Shown here piece after piece: positions 42,025 through 54,325 of a stretch of 64,000 nt of DNA; positions within the stretch are counted from its first letter, which is position 1, and each line of letters begins with the position of its first letter. A model generated the notes under the pieces. It was not told the origin of the DNA. It made no database searches and was given only the letters and a program-made list of their open reading frames with translations. Source of the stretch: Cystobasidiomycetes sp. EMM_F5 (taxonomy: Eukaryota). Made by a program: the position numbers and the translations under genes. The DNA lies in NCBI GenBank assembly GCA_051047955.1, contig JBPGPT010000003.1, positions 186,001-250,000 on the forward strand, read 5' to 3'.

Positions 42025-42725
42025 TCATTTCTTGATAAGAGAGGCATGTAGATTCTCCATGCGCTTCAGCTGCGTATCCAAGCATGAGAAGTCAGCAGTA
42101 CAGGAGATGCTGAATTCGTACAAGGCTCACCAATTGTGGATTCTTTCTGCAAACGAGCATAACATCTTCGCCAATAACAGACGTTCGTTTAGCATGCCTG
42201 CAAGCAGCGGAGAAGTGCCATTTCAGCAGCAGGATCGCGAGCTCTAGGCAGTCCTAACATACTTTGCGAAAGCCTGCAGATCCAGACCTAAGACTTCTGT
42301 GTATTGCCGCGGAGAAGGCATGAACTATGGTTTTCCCGACATCGCTAAATTCAGCAAGACGCACCAATCTGAGCGTATACCTAGCGAGGGACAGACTTCA
42401 GCATTTCTTACGCGTTGGCATAGGGTTCGTTAGCCTTACCATCTCTGCGAGACTTGCTACAAAGGCCTCCGATGCAATGACGCCAAGCTCGACTAATGGG
42501 CTCCTTCGGTCAGGCAAGCCTATACAGACGTTCAAGAGCAGCGCAGCTGACCTTCCTCCTCCTCGACAATCTTGGAGCATGTGTACCATACTGCGGCGAG
42601 TAGTTCCTGCGGCGAGCGCGTCTTTCATATATGCGGTCACGTCCTCCGGGCAGTCAACAAACCTTGCGCAAATCAGGGTTGACTGATACGGAAGGACCCG
42701 CATTCGAGACAGACGTAGCTGGCAT
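42025..42725 (-). CDS. MHF1: CENP-S/Mhf1 histone-fold protein; 7 exons
   Basis: Manual splicing gives 'ELLAAVWYTCSKIVEEEE..ASEAFVASLAEMVYAQIEVLGLDLQAFAKHAKRTSVIGEDVMLVCRKNPQL'. Confidence 0.85.
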
Positions 42726-42938
42726 GCTTGTTTGTGCTGACGCTCGGGCGCGTCCTGGAAGCCATGAATTGGTTGAGGGTCGTGATGCGTTGTCGACTAA
42801 TAAATTCATGGCCTGTCACAACAATAAATAAAGGGAGACGTAATGCTACAGGGGGGTATGGCGGATGATGCTGACCAGAACGGTCGGTCTGTGCTATGCT
42901 GGATACACTGTTAAAGATGGTCAACCATGACCGGGGAT

Positions 42939-45494
42939 TTACGCAAAGGCTTCTGGCGGTATGCTGGCTTTCGCTGCCTCAAATGCTTGAAGAGCATTTT
43001 GGAGTACCCACCCAGTCTCGCTGAGACATTGATAGCAGAATTGCGCGTTGAGTCGAGTTTGTTCGTGCAGCTGGTTCATGAGAGCCTGCTGTTCAGGATT
43101 CTGCCACGCTCATTCATCAGAACAAGTTGTTTCGATTAGGAACCGGTTGTACTTACCAGTACGGGATCCGATGACGCTATTGGCACAGTGGAAGGCGCCA
43201 GTGATGGGGCTGAAGCCGTCGCGTTGGGAGCATCGGGTGTGAAGGCTGCTGGATTGACCCAGTTCCGCACCATAAGCGAGTCGGAGACAATCACGCAAGG
43301 CCATCCTAGGGTTGCGGCACTATTTTGAGTTAAACGAGTACGTGAGCATGCTGTAACTGGTGCGCCGACTCAATGTTCGGCTCACGAAGTGCCAGGTCCA
43401 GCCGGAGCCAGTACGAAAGTCCGGTCAAAAGACCGCAAGCCCATGGAGGGTTCTGTGAGGTTTCCTGTTAGCATGCAATGAGATCCAAAGGAATGTCAAC
43501 ATATACATACGTTCGGCAAACTCGCCATGGACAACAACAGTCAACACTTGAGCAAGTGTCTCGCTTGGTCCAGGTTGCTGCCAGGTATCGACAACGAATT
43601 TGGAGGCATCGCTTAAAGGATGGCTCGTCGCCGGTAGTTTCAGCAGGACGGCTACGATAGCATCAGGTCCAGTATGCAAGGTCTCTTCGCGTCGTTCTGT
43701 GTCAATCCAACCAAACATTAGCACGTAGATGTAGGGGTTCTCTGGACGATCGACGACCAACGGGAGTTTTTGAGTCGAAGGAAATTGCGACTGTAGTTTT
43801 CTTGATTGCTGGAGGTGTTGTTGCTTTGCTCATACGATGAACCCAAATACGATGCCCATGTGAGCTGCTTCTGCTTCGCTATCTGCTCAGGAGACATAGC
43901 TTGAAGTCTGCGCGCTCGCTCGGAGACTGTCGAATTTACGCAGATACTAAAAGTTGCATCCGTCGCGTAGGCAGAAGCCAGTTGTGACCGACTCGAATCG
44001 TACAGCGCAAAAAATCTGTTTCAAGTACAAGAATGCTCTTCGTATCAGTGAGTGACGCGCAACAATGGGAACATTGTACTTGCTTTGCGAGGAATGTGCT
44101 CATAGCAGTACTACTAGCTTCTGTGTCACTGAAGGCCGGCTTCAAGGTCAAAGGCAGAGACACCTTTGACCGCTTGGCTGGCTTCCGCTTAGCATCGGAC
44201 GGAGCGGACCGCTGGTCGTCGGAGCGACGTTTCGCTAGACCCGCAATATTCACTATACTCGAATGCGCCGTTACCACAGGTACTGGGACCGCTTGGTCGA
44301 TTGCGACTTGGTCAAGCATTTGGAGGGACGGAAAGCGACGACGGATCTCGCTGCGATGTACAATCAAATATTAGTAAACGCTCGCTGTCTTATTCCTTCT
44401 CACATACGCCGTATAGTCGCCTGCATTCCGCTTGACTTCGCGATCTCGGACAGGATTTTCCAGGAGGATGAGTTCCCTGAGTTCACTTAGACCTGGCTTA
44501 CTGCCAGCAATCGTTCCGACGACTGTAGATAGGGGATTGAGATCCGCAAACTATGTGTCGAATTGGACTTTGGTTGGCAATGCGGATTTGTCAAAAGGAT
44601 AAAAAGTGAGCTTACCTGCGTAAAGGAATTATTCTGCAAAGAGAGGTTTCGAATCTTTGGGAGGAAGCGTATCAAGGCGGCGGGTGCCAGATCTGTGAGG
44701 GTGTAAAGACCATTGTTGGCTAGAGATAGTGATTGCAGCTAGTTTATTGAAGAACCACTGTCTCAGTACATGCAACTTTCGGCCAAGGGAGTGCACGCAC
44801 CCCTGGGCAGATCTCGCTGGCGAGTTTCCACATTGCCGGTGCAGTATTTCTGGGCGCCCCTTTCTGCCCGGGTGCAAGAAAGTTACTGCTTTTGAAAACG
44901 GAATCGCCTGCCATGTTCTGTCGGAGTTAGATGTTAGTGCCACTGCATACCCCAGGAGCGATATACCAGAGCATACTTCTAGATTCAACAGACCAGCATC
45001 CGCATTCCAGCGAGCTTGCAGAAACTGCCGCAGCGAATCGATGGCGCCTGTCATGCCGAGTTCCTTGAGGATGGCTGGCTTGTTGCTGATGCGGACCGAG
45101 ACTGTCGCACCACCTTTAGGAGAGCTCCTATGCGATGCTGATTCGTACGGTGTTGATTTCGACTGCGAATCGAGGCGCATGATGACGGTACGACAGTCGT
45201 GATTTAACAGGACGAGAGACAAGGTGAACAGATGCATGGAATGTGAGCATGTTGCTGATCAAGAAGGGAGCAAGCCCTGTTGACTGTTCAGGTCGGACCA
45301 ACCCTGTGTACACTTGACGATAGACTGGCGCCACCTGGTCGTCCAGACCTTATGCGTCTATCTGGGCCGCCTGCATGGCTGACTACGGCATCGGGCATTC
45401 CCGTGTCGGGGTCTGAGACAGCGTTTGAGCGCCCATTGATGTTTAGACGGCTTGCGAGTCCAGATTTTGCGCGGCGTGTCGTTGTAGGAGCCAT
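42939..45494 (-). CDS. MEX67: mRNA export factor Mex67/NXF1 (LRR, NTF2-like and TAP-C domains)
   Basis: 'FLQARWN...LLNLE', 'SLANNGL', 'NLSLQNN', 'VHGEFAE..RSFDRTF', C-terminal 'QCLSETGW..ALQAF..IPPEAF'. Confidence 0.9.
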
Positions 45495-48400
45495 TGCTGC
45501 GACAGACACCTGCAGAGCGGCAGTTCTCCAGCACGCCGCACTGGCTCGTCGCTATATCAAAGCCGTTGTTGTAATACGATTGCTTTGACGAAGAGTTGCC
45601 AGATGCCAGACTGAGTTGGTGTCTGGCAAGCTTTGTTTGTTCCCATTGTCTGACTCCAATAAAGCGGCGCACTACCGGAGGGCGATCGAGATGGCAGGTG
45701 GTCTGTCGTGGCTGCGTGCAGGATATTCTGTAGGTTTGGTCTGTCGAGGAGAGAGCTGGCCTCGTATGCTTCTTCTTCTGTTACTTTGTAGCCGGCAATG
45801 ACCTATTTGAACATTTCCTACCATACCTCTTCGGCTACAATACGCGTTAATAGGAGCACATCTGACAGAAGAGCGTGCCAAAGGACAATCACATTGATGC
45901 ACTCGCAGGACAAATAGGACTAGCAATGTAGGCTGCAGAAGCGGGACAATTGCCAGCGAAGCAACGTCCGACGAGATTTGAAAGCACGGCTTGATGAGCG
46001 CCAACGGTAGATGTCAATTGTATGACAATGGTCTTTCGACAAAACCGATCCTTGACGAAGAGCTGGTGGGCATGAAACCCAATTTCATTTGAAATCGGCT
46101 CCACACAGTAGGCTCCGCAATCTGACCTCTGCTGGGCGCGACGGTTTTGAATGACAGCGAACCGCAAATATCGCACAGAAGTGGACGGGCACATGCTACT
46201 GCGCAGGCTTGTCAGTCTCATGCGACCTGGTACCATGTTTCTCTGATGAATCTAAAGTCGAGGGAAATCGTCCAAGACAGAGTCGCAGTTTTCTGAGATT
46301 AGGCGGCGCGGGCGTGCAAATCGAAGCATAACAAGTCGATAATCTCCTATATTTAAATGCCCCCTCTGTTATTGGATTGCAGTCCGGCTTGCATCCTGCC
46401 TCCCATCTGCTGGTTTCGCGTTGACTTCATTTCTGATTCATCCACTGTTGGGTCGCACCCCCAAGCGCACGACGCTGGGTCAGCGCGTCATTGGCATAGC
46501 ATAAGGTCCATTGGCAGCCAGTCTCGCATAGGTGGGAAGCATAGGTAGAAGGCGTAAGGCGATTGTCGACGACCTACTCGTATAATGATCGAGGATATTC
46601 GATTCCCTTCAATCCGATCGACGCTAGCGAGCATTCATGTCGCATTTGCACTAGCGCCAAACACAAAGCATAACTTATTACTCCCGCCCGGGCGCCGGCT
46701 ACTTGCAATATTAATGATAATGCTGTAAGTCAGCTATCCCAATGCAAAAGGTAGGAGATCGTCTGTCCAGCTTTAAATGAGTTTGGCTCAGCGTATTGTA
46801 GATGGCGTGTCCAGCTTAGGTGAAAGAAATTGGGTACAGACATCAACGTCAAGTCAGTCATACGCAATGAAGCATGTTGTTAGAATGCCGGTTTCCATTT
46901 TGCTGAAAGCTTGGCCTGCTGGGTCTGCGCGAAATGGAGCACGCCCATAACTATCGTATATACGCGGGACGATAATTAAGGGAGATTTGCCTTGATTTGC
47001 GGAAAACCAAGTGTGCCGTTAATTAGAATCGTAGATGATGAAAACATGCCACGATATCATGCGCGCAGCAGCGGACTCATATCCAGCTGGTTATGCATAT
47101 GTATTCCGTCATAGCAGAGCTCTGCCGTAATAACACCTGTTGCCCTTCCGACCTCTACGAGAGCGCGTACTTCTCGCACTTCTACCGGATATAGGGCATC
47201 CGACTATCGACTGCATCATCCACTCTGCGTAACCATCAATCGCAGACAATACGGGAAGGTGAGTTTACCCCTGAAGGAGCAGACCGCAGAAGTCGCCGGC
47301 TTTTTGGGAAAGATACCTTTGTATCTCGCCCAGTCAGCGCTACGTGCCGTTGATACCTTGTCACTCGAAAGCATCGTCAAAGGCTCGTCCGATACTGCAC
47401 CAGGAAGTGACGCTGAAAATGTCATGATCAGTTCACCGGAATCAGGTACCACAACGTCAAGAGCCGGCACCCTACATATACTGGCATCAGAGACCTTCAC
47501 GTCGCGAGGACACATCTTCTATCCTTCAATTCAGGAGACTGTCTGATTGTATGGTAGTGCTGCGTTTTTGACAGGCGTCAGAACATCCTCCAGCTAATTC
47601 CGTCGTTGCCTTGATGGGTACGCCACGCATTTCTGTCAGGATCAAGCAGATGCCGCCGCACCAGCATTGCAACTTGCAGCATCTCCTTTAACGAAGAGTC
47701 TAGACATATTCACGGTGCTTTAACAGAGCTTAAGCGGGTAAGCAGGAATCACGCAGATTTGATCGAAGGCACTCTGGAGCCTGGAAACTTCGGGATATCT
47801 CAAACGTCATCCAGTGTGGCCTCGACCTCTTCCATTTGAAGCGGTACAGGACGACGGTGGTGGCCGTGGCTCGTAATAGTGTGTTACTACAAGCAGCACT
47901 CGGTGGCGAAAGGCGTCAACAAAACGCAACATATTTGGTCGGGGCGTCTGCGCTTACTCTGCAAAGATACTCCAAATACTTTTGAAGTAAAGCCCTTCAT
48001 GCAATTCTATTGCCCAGACGAGCCGCAACTTTGTCCTCGTTCTCCAGCGCGAAGTGGTAATCGCAAAGCGAGCCATTGTCGCTATTGGAATACGATAAGC
48101 TTCCGGGAGCACCTCAGCAGAACTTTGCAGATCATACTCTCCACCTTCTGCACAAGATCCAAGAGTCAGACATCGCGTAGGCGAAGGGTAGACCTTTCCA
48201 CCGCCGCCGTATATCATTGTTCGGGCCGGAAGAGCAAGATATATAGCAGTGTACGTCAGAGCAGACTTCTTCGCTTGGCAAATCTATTCCGCGTAAGTCT
48301 ACCCGGCTTGTACCAGGTCGTAGGCCTGACCGGCGTCAGAGTGTCTGACAGCGGAATCCGCTTGCTGAGCCAGCTCAACGGTCCCGGCCAAAGTCAGAGC

Positions 48401-48686
48401 TGGCTGTACCAGACACTCGTAAAGCTGACGTCCTTTCTTGTGTGCCTTTCCATTCTCGTAACTCGTTGTCGCCATATTCGAACTGCTGCGGCCGCTCTTC
48501 CTGAATTGGTGGATGCCATGTGTCCGACTCATTTCTTAAACGTTAACCCACATCTTCTGGCCGACTCGTCGGAAAACACATGTACCGGTCCGCTTCGATT
48601 CGCTTGGTGAATCTGCTCTGCACACATGCATCATCTCATATTAGCGATTGTCTGCGTATCAAGGCACAACACGTACAGACTTGGGC

Positions 48687-50617
48687 ATGGCAACTGAGCA
48701 TGCAGCATCGCAGCCGCAAGAAGGCGTATTTGGCAAGCTTGAAGCGCTTGCACAGTCAGATGAAGCAGGTTCGCAACCGCAAAACGAGAGTATCGGAGCA
48801 AGTGAATATGGGCAGGGTACTGAAGGACAGGATGTACCGCAAGAAATGTAAGCCTATTCATCGGGGCACATGAAAGAATACACTGATCATCACAATCTCC
48901 ACTACCGTAACCGCATGGTTTGCGTCACAGTCACTACCGTCTTGAAATCTCGCAAAATCCGACCCGCGGTCGCACTTGCGGTTTTGGAGACGCAGACAGG
49001 AGGGCGCTCTCAGCGCCTCTCATAGTACGCCTGCGAGCGTACAACCTGCAATCGGATCAAGAAGTCTCAGCTGAGTGCGTTTGCGTACATGCGCAGACAA
49101 TCAGCCTTTCCCCGCCTTTGTGCCTGATCTTCGTTTTCCCGCTCCATTCAGTTCCTTGAACATCAATTTTATGGTCTGCGCAGCTGATCTGTGGTCAGCT
49201 GACACGACAGAAGAGATGAATCTGGTCCAACATTCCGGTTTTCAATATAAGGCGGGGGTGGGGGTTGGCACGTCGCCGGTTCCGAGTCCTGCACTCGCAC
49301 CAGACAGTCCGCCCTCCCGACACCCCGAGTCGACTTTGCAGTCAGATTCTACTGATGCCGCAATAGGATCTGATGTGTTTCAGGCTCTCCTTCCTCGTCC
49401 CTCGCTCCGCAATCCTTGGGAAGGTCCGAGCGTGTCCGGAAGACCGCGAACATCGCCAGTGGAGGTGAGTCACTGAGATGCCTGATAGATGGACCTTACC
49501 GCAATTATACTGAGTCGTATTTTACGGTTGGTGTTCTTTGTAGCCGATAACGTCCCCTGAGACCCCAACGGAGCAGCCCTCCCAAGCCAGTAGTACACCG
49601 CACGCTCCCACCTTGCCTCCGATACTGCCTGCCTGGGCGGCTGCACCCTTCTCACAAGCTAATGATGATCACCACCCAGACTACAGGATACGCAGCAGTG
49701 GAGGCGGTATGTTTTCGCAGACATCGCCCACTACAAATACCTTCGCTTTCTCTGCTCCAGGACAGGCGGTTCTCGCTTCGGCTATGGATGCCGTCTCGAA
49801 TCTACCACCAAGGTCTCCTGATATGTCTGCATATCCGTGGTCCAGGCGGACGTCTTCTCGAGCTTCCATTTCCACTTTGCCACCAAGGACAGGTTCCTCG
49901 AGCGGGCCAAGGCCCTTCACTTCCTACACAGCCCGACCATCGACAAGTGCCACGACCGTGTCAATGTCGACTTCGGGATCACGCGGCGGCACTTTCTCGA
50001 TGCTAGTCCCAGCGTCTCACCCCAGCGATTTTGCTTGCGTCAAGAATCTTGTCGGCGCTATGACCGCTTGCGGATACAGACTTAAGCCGCCTGGCGAGAC
50101 CGAAGCCGGTGTGTTTTTCGTATATCCCGATTTAAGGTGAGGTCATATCGACATGTGTGTATTTAAGCTGATCCGGTTCTGGAAGTGTTCGAACTGAGGG
50201 CATCTTTACAATTCGACTGAGATTGATGTCTCTCGAGAGGTATATAGTGTTGCATGAGTTGAATACTGAGCGCACGCTGATTGTGCTTACATAGCATGCT
50301 TAATGGCCACGGCAACGTGGAGCCTGTACTGGCTGAGGCTTATACTGAACCATTCGAGGTGATGTCGGCAAAGCGTTTCCCGGGCATGCTGGATCCAACT
50401 CCGCTATCGCGTGCATTCGCAAAGCAGGGACTGCGAATACCAACGGTGAGCGACTCTCGATGGTCTCCAGTCAGCGGTAAACTGAGGTTCGCTGGTGTGG
50501 CAGCGCAAGAGTGCTAATAGAAAGCGTCGACGACATGGTACTACCGCTACAGAAGATCAGACGGGAGAGAGCACACCAGTTGTGGAAGGAGATGAAGAGG
50601 AAGATGACAACGACTGA
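48687..50617 (+). CDS. Velvet-domain protein, VelB-like with a split velvet domain
   Basis: 'YRLEISQNPTRGRTCGFGDADRRAL', 'NLVGA', 'FFVYPDLSVRTEG', 'AKRFPGMLDPTPLSRAFAKQGLRIPTRK'; a long Ser/Pro insert separates the two halves. Confidence 0.9.
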
Positions 50618-51048
50618 CATAGCCCTCCCATGGTGACCCTGAGCTCAACCCTAATTGCAAACCCAACGGCGTACAACGAATGAACAACTTGAGCAGACTC
50701 ATTGCATGCAGACGCGAAAAGCGGTGCCGACACAATCGTACGAAGATGGTGCTTGCCGTGACACACTACCCACAGGTTCGCGATTCCTTCGATGGCGTTG
50801 CGACACAATCTGGGCAGGCTCGTGCCACTTCTACCCCACTAGCTTGCTGCTGCATGGTCTAGTGCCGTCGCAAGTAGTACGTATGTCTATCGGCAAAACG
50901 GCTCAGGAGGTCAGTCGTTAATAAACTCCTTCTTTCAGGCTGGTGGTCAAAAGGCTTCATATTTATATGTAGGATGGTACTATGACATGTATTGGATATG
51001 TATTGCGCAAGAGGATCCACAACAATAAGCATCAGAACCCAATGACCC

Positions 51049-54000
51049 TCACATCCGGGTTGCGGCAGACTTCCTGTATATTCTTTCCCGCCGTCGTAGC
51101 CTAGCGATCGCCTCTGTCGTAAGTGGATAGTCTGCGCGGAGCCTTTCGATCGCATCGGATACGCGGAGCACCCGTTCCGAAATCTGCAAACGCTCTGCTT
51201 CGTCGTCTGTCGCAAAATCTTGATTGGCGAGCTGTACCTGCTCCTCAAACGCCGTGGCCAGCGCAACCAGTGTAGCCTTTGTGGGCCTCCACTGTTTCGC
51301 TCGAGCCTCGTCTTTGACGCGATTATAGTTGTGCGTAATGAGGGAGACGGCGTCGGCGTCGGCTGTTGCCGCTGGCATGCCCCGAGATTGTGTATCAGCA
51401 GAGGTAGAGCGCTGCACGACTATGCCGTCGTTCACGGCACCGTTCGCAGCATCCTCGGCGACTATGTAGCCGCTGTCGTCATGCTGTTGGGAAGAGCCCA
51501 CGAAACGGATTTTGTCGAACAAGCCTGGGAGGCTGCTGTGATGGAAGATTGTTTTCTCGGTGACATGTAGATGACTTGCACGATTGGGCGGCCTCATAGG
51601 CGTCTCCGTTCTTGTATCCAACAGTTCGTAATCTATGTGAGACGGCCCTTCTGTCTCGAAGAGCGTCTTCGCGTCTGCCACCATTGGGTTCCGCCGCTCA
51701 GAAGCAAGGGTACTGAGTAGCCGCTTTTGCGGCTGCAGTAGAACTTGCTCGACTACGTAAAGTGCTCGATCAAGGCGTCCAGCTTTGATCAAAGCAACTG
51801 CGAGATGATTCCAATTACCGCTATCGAAACCAAAGCCATCTTCTTGTGCTTGAGCCCAGACGCCTGCAATCTCATCGTGAAGACCATGGTCGGACAGAGC
51901 AACAATGTAGACCGACAAGGGTAGACATATGATGTTGCTCCGCCTAGACGACGGAGTCGCAGGTGATTCAGGCAGACTTGTAGAGGAAATCGCGAAATCA
52001 TACAAGACCTTCCAGATCTCTCTGGCACCCTCTAGGTCCCCAGCACGCCTGTACGCATCTAGAAGTGCTGTGTACGTTGGCATCGATGGCTTTACGCTGC
52101 TTTGCGCCATAGTGCGCTTGAAAGCAGTCAATGCATTGGCAGGATTACGGCCAGATAGAACGCGAGTTAGATCGTCCGCTGCAACTGTTCCGTCGGCAGA
52201 ATCGCTGACGCGCGGAGTCTGATTTCCAGAGTCAACGGCCCGGGCGTAGGCATCGATGAGCGGTCCAAACACGCTATGTACAGCTGTCCCGCTCGCGACA
52301 GTCTTATCGTGCCTGTACAATCGGGTTCTGCCAAAATCAGCCGCATCTTTCGCTTGTGCCTGGTAGTTACGTAGGAATTCTTCGACAAGCTCTTCAGCTA
52401 TTGCTCTTGTGGCGGGATCATTGATGTCCTTCGAATACGCCTTTACCAGTATCGACCAGGTCGCGGAGGAGGGCTCAATTCCTCGGCGTATCATTTCGGT
52501 GAAGTATTCTCTGGCCGCTGGCTCGTTCCCGTGTCGTAGAAGTCCTCGGATCAAAATGGTAAATGCGTAAACGTTGGCTGGAGTGTTGAAATGGGGATCT
52601 GGTATCGCTTCCGCGTTGGCATCCATTTTAGCAAAAGTCTCTTCTGCAAAGTCCATATCGCCAGCATCACAAGCAGACTGCAAGAGTATGTTGAAAGTTC
52701 TACTTGTCGGAGTGAGATGGCGCTCGACCATGGTTGTATAGATCCCTAGCACGGCCGAGAGAGGTGCGCTATTCAGCACGTACGCCTTCATAAGAACAGT
52801 GAATGTTGCGACATCGGGCTGCAGCGGATGCCCAGGAGGGTGAGTCTCCAGATACTCGAAGAGTGACACTGCTTGTTCAAATTGGCCGTCCTCAGTGTAT
52901 GCATTCATCAGAGAAGTATAGATTTGTAGATTGACGTCTACACCAGCTTTCAACATATCATCAACGACTCTTTGAGCGGCTTGAGCATCCCTGCGATTGC
53001 CATGTAGATTCACAAGGGCGTGATATGTGAAGCGACTTGGTGTATGCTGCGCTCGCTGCAGGCGGTCTACTGTAGCGTATGCTTTGCCGGCATTGATATG
53101 TAGTGCGTATATCTTGACGAGTACATTGTAAATAGATAGCGGCACTCGTGGCCAGCGGCTGTCGAGTTCGGCTTTCTTCTCCCAGGCGCTGATTAGAGCT
53201 TCCATACCCGCAGCGTCTGCTACTGCGATGTGGCGCCGTCCAAGAAAACTTGCCAGCTTTGACAGAGAATATCGCCCATCTAAATGAATTGGTGGCCCTT
53301 CAAGCGATTTCAAGAAATCTGCAAAGTCGAGGGTGGGTTTTCGCAGACGTTCACCTCTTTCGACTCTTAGTCGTATGGCGTCACAGAAGTGTGCTATGCG
53401 ACGCGCAAATCTTCGGTTGCTCTCATTAGGAGCCACAGGATTGTCTGTAGAGACATTCTGGGACAAGCTTGATGCCTCTTTGCCGAAAGGTCTTTGATAT
53501 GGAACAGGATCGTAGAGGTGGCCATCGGGCGGCTCTGGGAGATCGACTATTGTAGACGCATCTATTTGCCGAATCGTGGTTGTAGAGAATGCTGCCGATG
53601 GTCTCCGTCGTCTATCTCTTCCATGGCTAGATAATCTGTCCAATGGAAGCGATCTGCGCTTATCCAAGATAGATTCCGATACGTTGCGTTGGGACTCGGA
53701 ACTCGATACACTCGGAGGCAGTTGCGCGTTCTGAAATGTCGTGCTCAAGAGCGCTTGCCTGTGTAACCGTTGTTGACGAGTTGGAGACTTCGGCTGTCTC
53801 CATGTCGGTGTAGACTCGACTGTCGCCGGCTGGAAGTAGCGAGTGAAGGAAGGATAAAAGTAGAAGCTTCCCAGGATATCCTGCGTTGCAGAGTCTGGCA
53901 AATGGATAGCATTTTGCAGAGTCGATGCGTGGCGACTACTTTTTTGCAGCAGCAAAGCACCGCACGCACATCGCGGTCGCCGACTTGATTGCACAAGAGA

Positions 54001-54093
54001 TGTGCCTTGTTGAGATAGCAGCCGAGAAGTGGACGCAGAGCTGCTTGCGATGCTGGCCAATGCAGATGACGCCGAATGCTGCAGCCTGTTCAT
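51049..54093 (-). CDS. Mitochondrial pentatricopeptide-repeat protein (1014 aa, apparently intronless)
   Basis: Tandem PPR motifs 'YNVLVKIY', 'TYHALVNLH', 'YTSLMNAY', 'TFTVLMKAY', 'TFNILLQ', 'FTILIRG', 'YTALLDAY'. Confidence 0.9.
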   Translation of the reverse strand: MNRLQHSASSALASIASSSASTSRLLSQQGTSLVQSSRRPRCACGALLLQKSSRHASTLQNAIHLPDSATQDILGSFYFYPSFTRYFQPATVESTPTWRQPKSPTRQQRLHRQALLSTTFQNAQLPPSVSSSESQRNVSESILDKRRSLPLDRLSSHGRDRRRRPSAAFSTTTIRQIDASTIVDLPEPPDGHLYDPVPYQRPFGKEASSLSQNVSTDNPVAPNESNRRFARRIAHFCDAIRLRVERGERLRKPTLDFADFLKSLEGPPIHLDGRYSLSKLASFLGRRHIAVADAAGMEALISAWEKKAELDSRWPRVPLSIYNVLVKIYALHINAGKAYATVDRLQRAQHTPSRFTYHALVNLHGNRRDAQAAQRVVDDMLKAGVDVNLQIYTSLMNAYTEDGQFEQAVSLFEYLETHPPGHPLQPDVATFTVLMKAYVLNSAPLSAVLGIYTTMVERHLTPTSRTFNILLQSACDAGDMDFAEETFAKMDANAEAIPDPHFNTPANVYAFTILIRGLLRHGNEPAAREYFTEMIRRGIEPSSATWSILVKAYSKDINDPATRAIAEELVEEFLRNYQAQAKDAADFGRTRLYRHDKTVASGTAVHSVFGPLIDAYARAVDSGNQTPRVSDSADGTVAADDLTRVLSGRNPANALTAFKRTMAQSSVKPSMPTYTALLDAYRRAGDLEGAREIWKVLYDFAISSTSLPESPATPSSRRSNIICLPLSVYIVALSDHGLHDEIAGVWAQAQEDGFGFDSGNWNHLAVALIKAGRLDRALYVVEQVLLQPQKRLLSTLASERRNPMVADAKTLFETEGPSHIDYELLDTRTETPMRPPNRASHLHVTEKTIFHHSSLPGLFDKIRFVGSSQQHDDSGYIVAEDAANGAVNDGIVVQRSTSADTQSRGMPAATADADAVSLITHNYNRVKDEARAKQWRPTKATLVALATAFEEQVQLANQDFATDDEAERLQISERVLRVSDAIERLRADYPLTTEAIARLRRRERIYRKSAATRM

Positions 54094-54325
54094 GAATCCA
54101 GCTTCCTTCCTGTACGACGAGAAGTCAGAGTTGTGTTCGAAGTGCCGTCCCTGTAAGCCATAGCCAGCTTACCTCAGCCCACAGGTATTTCAGCGGTGAC
54201 CATGCATGTTTGGTTTGGTGAAAAGCCGTCGAGATCATCCAAAACCCTACAAACGACCAAATCGGTGGTTTTGGTTTTCAACGACATTCGCTTCAAATCG
54301 TGACATACCTGCTGCTCACGTCTGG

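Noticed and set aside
45560..46240. Possible small spliced gene upstream of MEX67
   Set aside because: I could not build a consistent exon chain or recognise any motif
47879..48610. 243-aa ORF upstream of the velvet gene
   Set aside because: GTG start, Arg/Ser/Cys-rich shadow-like composition, no recognisable motif
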